Shown here: piece by piece, positions 35,764 to 46,784 of the stretch
Position numbering within the stretch: the stretch's first letter is position 1
Layout: each line of letters begins with the position of its first letter
DNA from: Lytechinus pictus
Lineage: Eukaryota
Length of the DNA stretch: 64,000 nt
Assembly: GCF_037042905.1 (NCBI RefSeq)
Contig: NC_087245.1
Location: 12,092,001-12,156,000 of the forward strand
Reading direction: 5' to 3'
The notes under the pieces: generated by a model
Told to the model about the DNA's origin: nothing
The model's database searches: none
Seen by the model: only the letters and a program-made list of their open reading frames with translations
Program-made: the position numbers and the translations under genes

Positions 35764-38700
35764 TAATAATAATAATAAGTAGGGCCTATGATAATAATAA
35801 CAAAAATATATCAATTATTTCTTCTTGAGCTTTAGGGGATGTGAAGTTTGTCTTGCGTCTCAGGTAACTGCTTAGACCATCGTCATCTACCCTTAGCAGT
35901 TCCATAAGGTGATGAAAATTCCCATCAACTTCCGTGTGTCCTCTGAAAGCAAGACCTTGGCGGAGGAGAAACCTAAGAGCGCTGACTATCCTCAGAAGTG
36001 AATGTCTCGCTTCCTCTTGTTGTCGCTGACATTCGACACTAAGATGAGCTCCAATGGATGGCTTGTTGGATGCTTGTAGCTGTGACATGGCAAACCGATG
36101 ACATTCAGAGGACTGGTGGCTCTCAAACCTTTGGGTGGCCTTTTTCCAATTACTGAAACCTGTGTCGATGAATGCAAACTCTTTCACTTTTACGAGATGA
36201 AGAAGGCAATTTCTTTCATCTTTGGAGCAGTCGAAGCATAAAACATCTGCCGTTCCTTCATCGTAATGCAGCCATGGATAAGTCTAAAACCATTTTGCTT
36301 GGAAATAGACTTTTTGGTTTTCCGTTCTTTTGGGATGTTGGTACATGCTGGATGATTTGGCTTGTCATGATGAAGATGCAAGACATTCACAATCACAGGT
36401 TTGTTGACACTTTGTTGGTCTTGCTGGTCATGTTGGTCGCTGCTAGGTTCGGAGGTTGAGGCTTCTTCTTTACTGGCAGTTGTAGACTCATTTGAGACAT
36501 TTTCTGTCACATCTTCCTGTGGATTCTCTTCATCTCTTCTCCTGAAGAAAGACGATATTTAGCTCAATTTACGTCGTTTTGAACCGGACTGGGACATGAT
36601 GCCAAAACTATATTCCCTATTACGAGTTGTCAAGTTTAATGAAATCAAACTAACATACATGCATTACATCAAACTCATTACAACAGCCTCGCGCGGTAAA
36701 ACTGAACATACACCACGTATGATCGGAATGCGAATACGCGTGTAAACTACATTTTTTTACATTTTGTTAAGCGGTATTTTAGGAAGAATTTTCACCAATA
36801 AAACAATTATCTCTTGTGATTTTTTTTTCATTTCTTTCGTAGTGGGGGGGGGGGGATGTTTGTACAGGCCATCCCCCCTCCTCGAAAAGTGGGGGGGGGG
36901 GGGATATATCCCCCCATCCCCCCATAGGCGGCGGAAGCGGGGGGGGCGTGTCCCCCCAAAAAAATTTTAGGTGGGGGGACGAACCCCCCCTTAATTTGTT
37001 GTTGATTACCTTTTTTTTTTTTTTTTTTTTTGCTTGTCAATTTTTTTTTCTGCGTCCCCCCTAAAATTTTTGGTTGATAACCTTTTTTTTTTTTTTTTTT
37101 TTGCTTGTCAACAAAAATTTGTGGTCCCCCCTAAAAAAAATTTTCCGCCACCAATGATCCCCCCGGGATTTACGCCAGTGGTATATGTCCCCCTGAAAAA
37201 TGCATTCTGCAGTTCTGGGGAGCGTTTCATGGAAGGACTTGTCGGACGTTTCATCCAACAAGTCCTGCTTAATCTGGCAGTTACAATAGGAACTATGCTT
37301 CTTAGCCAATCAAAATCAAAGAAAGTTGTGAGATCTGACAGCTTGTCAGACGAAAAGTGTTGATGAAATGCTCCTCTTGCGATCGCTTCCTCGGATTTCA
37401 GATCTACCCTAGATCACTAATCATTTTTTCAGTAACTATACAAAATAACAGAAACATGAAAATTACCATCAAATTGTGTTTTTCATACAATTTCACCCCC
37501 AAAATGAAAAAAAAAATGTCCTGCGACCCCTGCTTTAGAGATCCATAACGGTGCTTGTATATAGATACACCGTAGTGTGGGTCTTTTTTTTGGGGGGGGG
37601 GGATGGAGGTACTATAATCATGCCTCTGTGTGTATTTTATTTCTATAAAAAATCACTTTCTATTGAACGATTTCCGTTAATTGAATTTACGATATCTCTT
37701 CTAACAGATGCAGCTACTTCAGTCTGTGAAACGGTAAGCTATGCCTATGGCGAGTCTTGCTATTTCTTTATGAGCACATCTGCCAACTATAAAGAAGCAG
37801 CAGCGGAGTGTGAGAGCACTTGGAACGCACATCTTGTTTTTATAGAAAGTGAGGAGGAACAACAATTTCTGGTATCACAGATTCTTCTGTTAGACAACCA
37901 GGCTGACTTCTGGATAGGTATAGTTAAAGGCCAAGTCCACCACTGTCCACCCCAACAAAAAGTTGATTTGAATAAAACAAGAAAAATCCAACGATCATAA
38001 CACTGAAAATTTCATCAAAATCAGATGTGAAATAAGAAAGTTATGATATTTTGAAGTTTTGCTTAAATCTCACAAAACAGTTTTATGCACATCCTGGTTG
38101 GTATGCAGTTGAGATGATTGATGACGTCACCCACTCACTATTTCTTTTGTATTTTACTATATGGAATATGAACTATTCTATTTTTCTCCTCATTGTCCTG
38201 GGAAACAAGGTTTTGTCCCTCCCTGAACATGAATAAGTACCATCGTTTTAAATGTTATGGCTCCGCCAAGTTGGTCCTTATTGTCACATCACTAAAAATG
38301 AAATATTGTATAATTCAAGCAATAAAAAAAACAAAAGAAATAGTGAGTGACATCTTCGACTCTCATTTGCATATCACTGAGAGTTGCATATATAACTGTT
38401 TTGTGAAAAAATAAGCGAAACTTTAAAATGTCACCACTTCCTTATTTTGCGTCTGATTTTCATGAAATTTTCAGTGTTATGCTTGTTTCATTTTTCTCTA
38501 TTTATTCAAATTAACATTTTTTTTGTGGTGGACTTGACCTTTAAGAAGTATTTCGTTAATCAAATATCTACGATATTACTGATCTGCGGCTGATAATTTT
38601 CTGCCAAAGACATTTTGTTTCTTTTTATAATAAAATTATGAACAAGTGGAGTGCCTCTGGCAGTCTCACCTGCATCACGCGATTCAATATAGCAGCAGTG

Positions 38701-41700
38701 CTGACTTTGAAAACTACTATAAAACATTTATTCACAAAAAACACCATTCATATAATGATACAATACTATGTTCATTGACAATAAATGACATTTGACCTTG
38801 ATCATGCAACCTAAGACTTGTCATTGATACTTGATTACCCCTGTATCCACATTTTATAAACTAAATCTATAAACTTTGAAAGTTATGACAACAATCTAAT
38901 AATTACCTCCAAAATGGCCAAAGTTCAATGACCTTAGATGACCTTTGACTTTGGTCATGTGACCTGAAACTCACATGAGATGTTCAATGATACTTGATTA
39001 CTCTATGTCCAAGTTTTATGAACTAGATCCATACACTTTCAGAGTTATGATGGTTATTCAACAAATAACCCCAACATTGCCAAAGTCCATTGACCTTTGA
39101 CCTTGGTCATGTGACCTGAAACTCTCACAGGATGTTCAGTGATACGTGATTACTCTTATATCCAAGTTGTATGAACTAGACCAATAAACTTTCAAAGTTA
39201 TGATGGTAATTCTACAAATACCCCCAACTTGGCCAAATTTCATTGACCTTAAATGACCTTTGACCTTGATCATGTGACATGAAACTCGCACAGGATGTGT
39301 AGTGATACTTGATTAACCTTATGTCCAAGTTTCATGAACTAGGTCCATATGTTTTCTAAGTTATGCTGTCATTTCAAAAACTTAACCTTCGGTTAAGATT
39401 TGGTGTTGACGCCGCCGCCGCCGTCGGAAAAGCCGTCCCATTCTGCTTCGCAGGTGAGACAAAAATCATCAACCCCTCGAATGGCATTCGAGAGTTTACG
39501 ATATAATGACGGTACCTCCAGACGATAAACGGGGGTAATCAATGTAATTCAGTGGCAGATCGGGGGGGGGGGGATCCGGCCCGTGCCCCCTCCTTTGATA
39601 GACATAAAATATATTTGTAGTGGATATCGGGCATAGTTAAGACCCCTTTTAGGTCGTCAGCGCTTTCTGAACACCCCCTCCCTTTGGAAAATCTTGATTC
39701 TGCCCTTGAATGTTACTACAATCGGAAACTTATCCTGTGCATGAGGGAATTATGCCAACTGCCGTCTTTCTGCTTTTTTATGGCATTATTCAGGCAAAAT
39801 ACATGTATTGTTAATTCTGTGAATAAAACATAACGGTGCGCTATAGAAAATTACTATTGTATGTGTGAAAGATTGATAAAGGCGTTTTAACTTGGCATGC
39901 TCGTGTAAATCGTAAACTCACTGGCCCGTATTCTGAACTCGGGTTTAAATTAAACCTTGGTTTAAAGTTGTAGTTTAACTATGGAGAGCCAATTGGGGCA
40001 CAAATCTCTATTAGTACATGTTCAGTCTATTAACTCTTTTGACACTCAAATAATTTGTAACTGTCTCAGAATGATATCTGAAATATTTTCTTCATTATGA
40101 AAGCAAAGGGAAACAAAATAGTAAATATAAGAAATAAACAATATAAGCAGATTTGTTTTATTTTTTTCTCCCCATAATTTTAGCACCCCATAATTTTAGC
40201 ACAGAGTTGGACCATGGTCCAAGTTAAACCCGACTTCAGAATACGGGCCACTGTGGTGATCCATTATGTTGTCGTCTTGTGTGGAGCCCCGAGTCGGGGA
40301 AGAGATTAAAGATCACAGTACACACATTATCACACCTAGTCTGTATTAATCACTTCATTACTGCTAGGTTGATAATAATGTTTGCAAAGAGTGTACACAC
40401 TGAAGGGGGCATTGAACACGTTCGTGTATTGATCGTTTGACAACATGCAATAAAATTATGTTGGGCAATGACATGATGTAGGTTTTTTTAAAAAACAAAT
40501 ATGCAATATGAACACGTCAGCAATGTTGGCGACAGATACATTTGAAGAAGAAAAAACAGGACCATGTCGAAAAAGCAGTGTATAATAAATGAACTAGGTA
40601 TCCTGTATAGAGATGTTTAAATAAATTAAAAAAGGATAAATAAATAAATTGATTAATTAATTGCAAATTAGTGATTGATTGCTAATATGCTCCTTGAAAC
40701 AAGAAGTTTAATCTAATTTGCTACAGCTAACGTGGAATTATCAGTTGTAAAATTGCAACAGATTATTTGCAATTGATCGCAAATATTTTCTTGCAATACC
40801 CCCTTAGTGTAAGTGTCGTGGTGTAGCGATTCTGACTCTCGCCTTACAATTAGAGGGTCGTGTGTTCGAATCCCACCACGGCCTATTGTCCTTTGGCAAG
40901 GCGTCAATCCACACGTGCCACTCTCCACCCAGGTGTTAAATGGGTCCCCGGTAGGATGCGAAAGCCTATGTAGTATGCCTAGCATGAGTCTTTGAACTCT
41001 TGTTGGAATGCTCCCCAGGGAGTGGAGAAAGTGCATACATTGTGTGTGGGCATGTCAGGATCCGATGACCGGGGTAATAATAATTGCAATGTAAAGCGCT
41101 TAGAAACAAAGTGTAATAAGCGCTATATAAATGTATCTATTATTATTATCATTAAGTGTGTTGGTTCTTTCATTAATTCATCATTGTAATCATTTTACAT
41201 GTTAATATCCAATCATATTTATCGTGTATGTTTATGATATTTAATCCAATTATGCCAACTACATTGAATCCTTTTCACCATGTGGCATATACTACGTATT
41301 TCGTAGGATTAATCAAGTCCTCTCTTGGGTTGAAAACATGGAGCGATGGAAGAGAGCATCAATATATCAACTTCGAGTACAGCTCCTTCAACGAAGGGAC
41401 GCCATGTTTCCGGATGAAGAGTAACAGTAATTACGTCTGGCATGATCGTCAATGCAGCTTCACATTCTCTTACATCTGCGAACAAGAAAATGGTAATTAA
41501 AACCCGGTTTCATGAAACTTGTATCAATGAAAGATTGCTGTGATATATTTGAAATCAGCCAATCAAGTGCATATTTACCCTGATGGTTTATTTCTAATAC
41601 GTCTAATGGCGATTCGTCCAATTGCCAGCTCGTCTACTATCATTTGGTCTACTATCAGTTCGTCCACTATCCACATGGTCTAATTGTCAACTTTTCAACT

Positions 41701-44700
41701 CACCATTTCGTCTTCTAACCAATTGGTCCAATAGCTATTTAGTCCATGTACCATTTGGTCTAATTGGACTAATTGTTAATTGTGCAAAATGAATGAAAAT
41801 AAAATTGATATTAGGCCAACTGGGTATGGGACGAAATGGTGATTAGATGAATCGATGATTGGATTAAATGGTTATTGGACCAAATGGTTGTTAGACGAAA
41901 TGTTGATGGACGGAATGGCATTAGAATAAATAAAAGTAGACCATGTTGTGAGTGGACGAGTTGGCATTAGACGAAATGGCAATTTAGTCTGATGATGAGT
42001 AGGAGGATGGATGATAGAGGTTGTGGTGGTGCTGTGGGGACGGTGGGGGTGATAGAGGTTGTGGTGGTGCTTTGGGGAGGGTGGGGGTGATAGAGGTTGT
42101 GGTGGTGCTGTGAGGAGGGTGGGGGTGATAGAGGTTGTGGTGGTGCTGTGGGGAGGGTGGGGGTGATAGAGGTTGTGGTGGTGCTGTGGGGAGGGTGGGG
42201 TGATAGAGGTTGTGGTGGTGCTGTGGGGACGATGGGGGTGATAGAGGTTGTGGTGGTGCTGTGGGGACGATGGGGGTGATAAAGGTTGTGGTGGTGCTGT
42301 GGGGGTGATAGAGGTTGTGGTGGTGCCGTGGGGACGGTGGGGGTGATAGAGGTTGTGGTGGTGCTGTGGGGACGGTGGGGGTGATAGAGGTTGTGGTGGT
42401 GCTGTGGGGACAGTGGGGATGATAGAGGTGGTGGTAAGTTAATGGTGGCGCTGCTGCTACTGCTACTGATGATGATGAGGAGGGTGGTCAAGATGCTTGT
42501 TGTGGTGCCGTGGAGATGGTAAAGTTATGGTAAGGTGACTGATGGCACTGCTCTTATATTGCTGCTGACTATGTTGCAGGGGCGGCGGGGTCTTTCATTT
42601 TTTTTAAAGGGCACATTTCGTTTTGAAGAAAGGACATTTTTCCTACACTGTTAAAAAAACACCTTATTTTACAGGGGAAAAAAGAAGATTTTGCAGAAAG
42701 CAATAACAGAATCATTCTGTAAATTCATGAATTAGGAATTTTCTGCAATTTAACAGAACAGGTCTGTTTAAAAAGGATGTTTTATTTAAGGAAATTTATA
42801 AGGTTCCCAACAACCAAATACCAATTTCCTGTAATTTTACATGATATAATGTAAGATTACGCAATCTGGTAAGATTACATGTGTTCTCGAGACTCTGCTG
42901 CAGGAACTTTATTTTAAGGATACATTTTCTAACAGTGTACGGGGAATGGGGGGGGGGTGTCCCATTGCCACCCCCCCCCCTCCGTTCCGCCACTCCTGAT
43001 ATGGTGACGGTGGTGCTATTTGTGACTTTGTGGTGGTGGTGCTGTAGTGACGGTGAAGTTGATGGTGGTGACGTGGTGGTGTTGGGGGTAATTGTTTCGC
43101 TCTCTTGTGCTACCGCTAGTGGTGGTATTGGTGCGGACGATAATGATATAGTAATGGTGATGACAATAGAGGAGACTGATGTTGATCATGATAGTGGTGT
43201 GGTGGTGGTTGCGGAAGTAATGATTGTAATTCCGATGGTTATGGTAATGAAGATGGTTGTGTCCGTCATGGTACGATGCTGCAATTGCAGATGGTGGTGC
43301 ATTTAAAGACAAAGATAATTCATGCCGATTGTGATGACGGTGAAGACACTGAAAACTGTCACGATAATGTCGTTGGTGACGATGAAGGCATATGTTAGGC
43401 ATCATTGTGCCTTTTGTAAGGAAATAACCAGACAAAAATCAATTAAAAAATATCTAATACTATGTTTATATCGCCTCCTTCTCTCCCTAGCATGTTTAAC
43501 ACCAGTTGACAGTAGCTCAAATGATAGTCTCACGTCGACATTAACCAATGGTAAGTTGATCTTTTACAAGCTCAAATGCCAAATATACTAATCCTTAAAA
43601 AACGAAAGAAAACAGTTTGAAAATACACTTAAATACCATTACTAGACACCCTCATCAATTTATCTGTGATACCTCAGTAGGTTTATTCAAGATCCATTTC
43701 GTTTATTAATTTACTGATGCCATGATTTTCCACTGCCCGCTGATTTGATTTTCAAATGAAGATTACAAATGGTCTCTGTTTATATTATTCAGGGTAGGCC
43801 TCATGATCGGTTGGGGGCACACGTTAAGATAGGCATACATTTTAAGTTACATGTTAAAATAAAACAGATTGAAGACATCAAGAATGTTTGTATTATAATG
43901 TCCATAGTCAATTTTCCCCGATATCCTCCTCCGTTCACCCCACATGATTTACATTGTTTTGTTTGACAATGCTGCTAAATAGTAAAGTTTCATTTTTTCC
44001 CTTAAGTTTTGTAAATGAAAATTTTTATATACACAGAGAAGGAATCGTCCACGGAATCATCAACCGAGGACACAACTGAACCACCAATCGAAGAGGAAAG
44101 TCCAACCATAAAGAAACAAGGTCAGTGTTCAAATGTATATAATATTTATGTATCATAAAAAGCTCACTGAATGATTCACGCATTCATTATAAAGAGGGAT
44201 AAAACCCAAATGCTTGCGATGTGCGAGGCCCAACAAAAAGTGGTAAGGCGACATATAAAATGCCTTTCATATAAAAAATTCTGATAGTAGATCATTGGTA
44301 AAATGTTGATGACAATGACGAAAGTGATGGTGGTGTTGCTGATTAACGATGATGATGATGATGAATTTTCATGACAAAAGGTCTAAAATAACTTTTTTGT
44401 CAATATTATATCAATAACATTATTAATTTATCGATTCATTTATCTATAATCCAAATCACTACAGCTGGAGAGTCACGGTCTTCATACGTCAGATCAATGG
44501 CAGATAACTTATCCCTACCCGATGCAACAGTTCTTTCAAGATTTCAGGTCAACTCCATAATAAGATGTGCTGGATTATGTAACGAATTATTAGAATGCAC
44601 CCATTTTACACACATGATGGCATCATCCACCTGCCTACTCGGAGATGGTCGGGATCTTCAGTTGGAGGGATTAGTGCCAATGAAGGGCGCCCGTTCTTTT

Positions 44701-44721
44701 TCAGTGTCATCAGATTCTTAA
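32104..44721 (+). CDS. Secreted C-type lectin domain + Ser/Thr/Glu-rich linker + PAN/Apple domain protein, about 289 aa. Exons 32104-32109 (tentative), 33766-33832, 37708-37917, 41307-41492, 43491-43550, 44037-44120, 44465-44721
   Basis: Signal peptide (MEA)MFSSILLWMSTAIASAQG. CTLD motifs YGESCYFF, AAAECE, AHLVFIESEEEQQFL, FWIGL, WSDG, C..WHDRQC..SYICE. PAN-type SIIRCAGLC..CTHF..STCLL. Junctions are GT-AG and phase 1 after the signal-peptide exon. Confidence 0.82.
32389..33531. mobile_element. hAT-like non-autonomous element containing an 89-bp tandem duplication (about 32571-32745)
   Basis: CAGGGGCAGATTCAG ... CTGGATCCGCCTATG termini. No clear TSD. Confidence 0.55.
35664..35800. repeat. (AAT)n microsatellite
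   Basis: Read directly from the sequence; it sits at the truncation point of the transposase. Confidence 0.9.
35816..36597 (-). pseudogene. Truncated hAT transposase (ZMYM1-like, TTF-type zinc finger + DUF4371 region)
   Basis: MSQSGSKRRKLS*ISSFF, then AFIDTGFSNWKKATQRFESHQSSECH and LRFLLRQGLAFRGHTEVDGNFHHLMELL..FTSPKAQEEII. It has an early stop and frameshifts, and breaks off at an (AAT)n tract before the catalytic domain. Confidence 0.85.
36923..37156. mobile_element. MITE nested in the subterminal region of the hAT element
   Basis: TIRs CATAGGCGGCGGAA / TTCCGCCACCAATG, flanked by ATCCCCC(C) duplications. Confidence 0.7.
37216..37376. mobile_element. Short MITE (GGGGAGCGTTTCAT termini)
   Basis: GGGGAGCGTTTCAT ... 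ATGAAATGCTCCTC inverted ends. A homologous partial copy lies at about 46700-46800. Confidence 0.7.
37924..38544. mobile_element. TTAA-flanked non-autonomous element (Kolobok-like), family A
   Basis: TTAA AGGCCAAGTCCACC ... GGTGGACTTGACCT TTAA, starting 6 nt after the lectin exon ending at 37917. Confidence 0.8.
38641..39465 (-). mobile_element. Helentron-associated (HINE-like) element, second copy
   Basis: Subterminal inverted repeat GTCTCACCTGC / GCAGGTGAGAC, the same tandem units (TGACCTTTGACCTTGGTCATGTGACC) and the same terminus as 13485-14357. Confidence 0.7.
39924..40249. mobile_element. MITE
   Basis: TIRs GGCCCGTATTCTGAACTCGGGTTTAA / TTAAACCCGACTTCAGAATACGGGCC. Confidence 0.75.
40813..41152 (+). 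mobile_element. tRNA-derived SINE
   Basis: TGGTGTAGCGA A box, GTTCGAATCCC B box, CACCCAGGTGTTAAATGGGTCCC core and an (ATT)n tail. Confidence 0.8.
41599..41985. repeat. Palindromic element built of short TAGAC/GTCTA repeats
   Basis: Left-half CGTCTAAT/GGTCTA units mirror right-half ATTAGAC/TAGACC units. Confidence 0.6.
42010..42435. repeat. G-rich minisatellite with a unit of about 38 bp
   Basis: About 11 copies of GATAGAGGTTGTGGTGGTGCTGTGGGGA(C/G)GGTGGGGGT, with length variants. Confidence 0.9.
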
Positions 44722-46784
44722 TTATTCAATGACTGCTTATTGGTCTACCCTACTAGAGAGAAAATTATGATTTGACGATAAGAGAAAAAGTATTGATAGG
44801 GCTTATATTCCTGCAAGAATTATTGTTTTATTAGCATTGGTAGTGTTTTCCCTATCTTGCATTTGTTGTAAAATCTGATGATTGCCTGAAAGGAAAAAAA
44901 AAATACGTGGGGGGGGGGGGGGCTACGACCAAGAAAAGTCGGGTTGGGAACTACATAGACTCATTGCAATCAGTTCAAATAATGACCATTGTCCTGAAAG
45001 TCGATCACTTTAGTTCCGTAAGGACGTATTTGTACATTCACGTAATCTTAATGATCCGGATTGCTTTGTATGATTTTAAAATAATGTATATTGTTTGAAC
45101 TAGAATGGATCAAAATAAAGCAAATATTACGAAAAGATAATGATTGCCTCGTTAAAAATTAAATCCATCACGCCCCTAACGAGCTCATGCTGCACGACAT
45201 CCATATGAAATGAATACAGATCATACGCTTTTGTAATTTCTTTAAGAAATATAACCATTTATTATAATTCATTTTATTGTTCTACAAATATAAATACTTG
45301 TATGAAAACGTATGAAAAAACACACACTGTTGAAAATGAACTATATACAAATGGTCTTTTGAGTAATACCGTGATTAGGAAGCACCTTCAATATCAAACT
45401 GATTAGGCCTATATCAATATACAAATATTATACATAATACGTAAATATTGCTTGATAAACAAATTACTCACAGGCAGCACAAAAAATGTAATTGCACAGA
45501 TGTAAACATACTGTCTAGACTTCTACCCATTATCAATTTTTTTTTAGATTGTTCTTTGGGTCTGCAATGTTGCCATCATAAAAGGGCAGTCAACCAAAAC
45601 CAAATACAGCCAGGGGCCGAAGCTACTTGTTCCTGGGACTGAAACAGGGGTTCCCCTTCACAGCCCGTACAGATGCAAGCTAGGGTTGTCATTCCTTGCG
45701 TTTTCCCTATGGGCCACTAGACTAAACATTTTAATTTCTGCATTATGCTCAGAAAATATTTGATGATCATAATTGTGTCGTCATCATCATCAAATATGAA
45801 GATGATGATGTTGGTTAAGATTCTCGTGTCTGTAACATTAATTTTATCCATATAAAAAAAAAAGATATCCAACCAAGGAGTATAAAGAATGTCTTACACT
45901 ATTATGATAATCATTTTGTAGAATATCTTCTTTAGCTCAAGAAATCGTGAATAGATGAGTTTACATTCCCATTTTCAGGAAAATTATCTACAGTATAACG
46001 GGAGTTGCCTTTACCTAGTGTACTGCTTACATGATTTCCAAACTCCTTGTTAAGACTTGTAGGAATAAACTTTATATGCATCATTGTTCGATTAGAAATG
46101 GGGTTTGCAGTTTCCCGGATGTTTTGAAGAACAACTGGAATGACAACTGCATATTTCGAATGAAATGTTTATCTTTTTGTGTACAGAGTTTTAACTACTA
46201 CCGACTGATACAAATATCCTTGCGATTTGATGTCTCATGATGTCATTCATATCCGTGCAAGCCTTGCAGGTGATTGCCCGCAACTCACCCGCAACAAAGT
46301 TTTGATCATGTTCAAAACTTTCCTGCGTGCAAAGCAGACTTGCGTGCTCTTCTGCGGGCAACTGCGTGCGAGATACTATCAATGCGGGCGACCTGCGTTT
46401 AGCAAAAAGTCACCCGCAAGGCTTGCACGGAACGATGTGACAGGGCCTTGTTCCATTTGGAAACAAAAATGTTGTAATTGCTGAGTAATGAGCAGAATTA
46501 GCGAGGCATTTTGTAGGTGGAACTAGTCTTCTTCCTAGTAAAAAAAATGATGCGTGATAATTCGTGTACGTGATTTAAAAAAAACTCGGGATCCTGTCTG
46601 GATCTCATCCTTTCACACCGTTTGGTGTACGTAAACCATGCAGAAATGATACATCTTTATCTAAGATGGGACGAAGGCAGTAAACTTTGCTTTTAAAGTC
46701 CTTGCTAGATCTGACAACTTTCCTTGAATTTTATTGGCTGAAAAGCACTGATATGCTGTCGGATAAAACGTCCGACAAGTCCTT

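Larger units (their letters stand above)
34958..37180 (-). mobile_element. Internally deleted hAT-superfamily DNA transposon in an intron of the lectin gene
   Basis: TIRs CACTGGCGTAAATCC...GGATTTACGCCAGTG, with the exact 8-bp TSD GTATATGT at 34950-34957 and 37181-37188. Contains a transposase remnant. Confidence 0.88.

Noticed and set aside
40813..40885. tRNA gene
   Set aside because: The A/B boxes continue into a SINE body and (ATT)n tail shared with 18935-19276, and no clean cloverleaf is visible.
41967..42491. 174-aa Pro/Thr/His-rich minus-strand ORF, and a CRISPR-like look of the repeat
   Set aside because: It is a translation of a G-rich minisatellite. The units abut without unique spacers, the context is eukaryotic and there are no cas genes.
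42881..43435. Overlapping 141-aa and 139-aa Val-rich and His-rich ORFs
   Set aside because: Degenerate (GGT/GAT)n low-complexity intron sequence.
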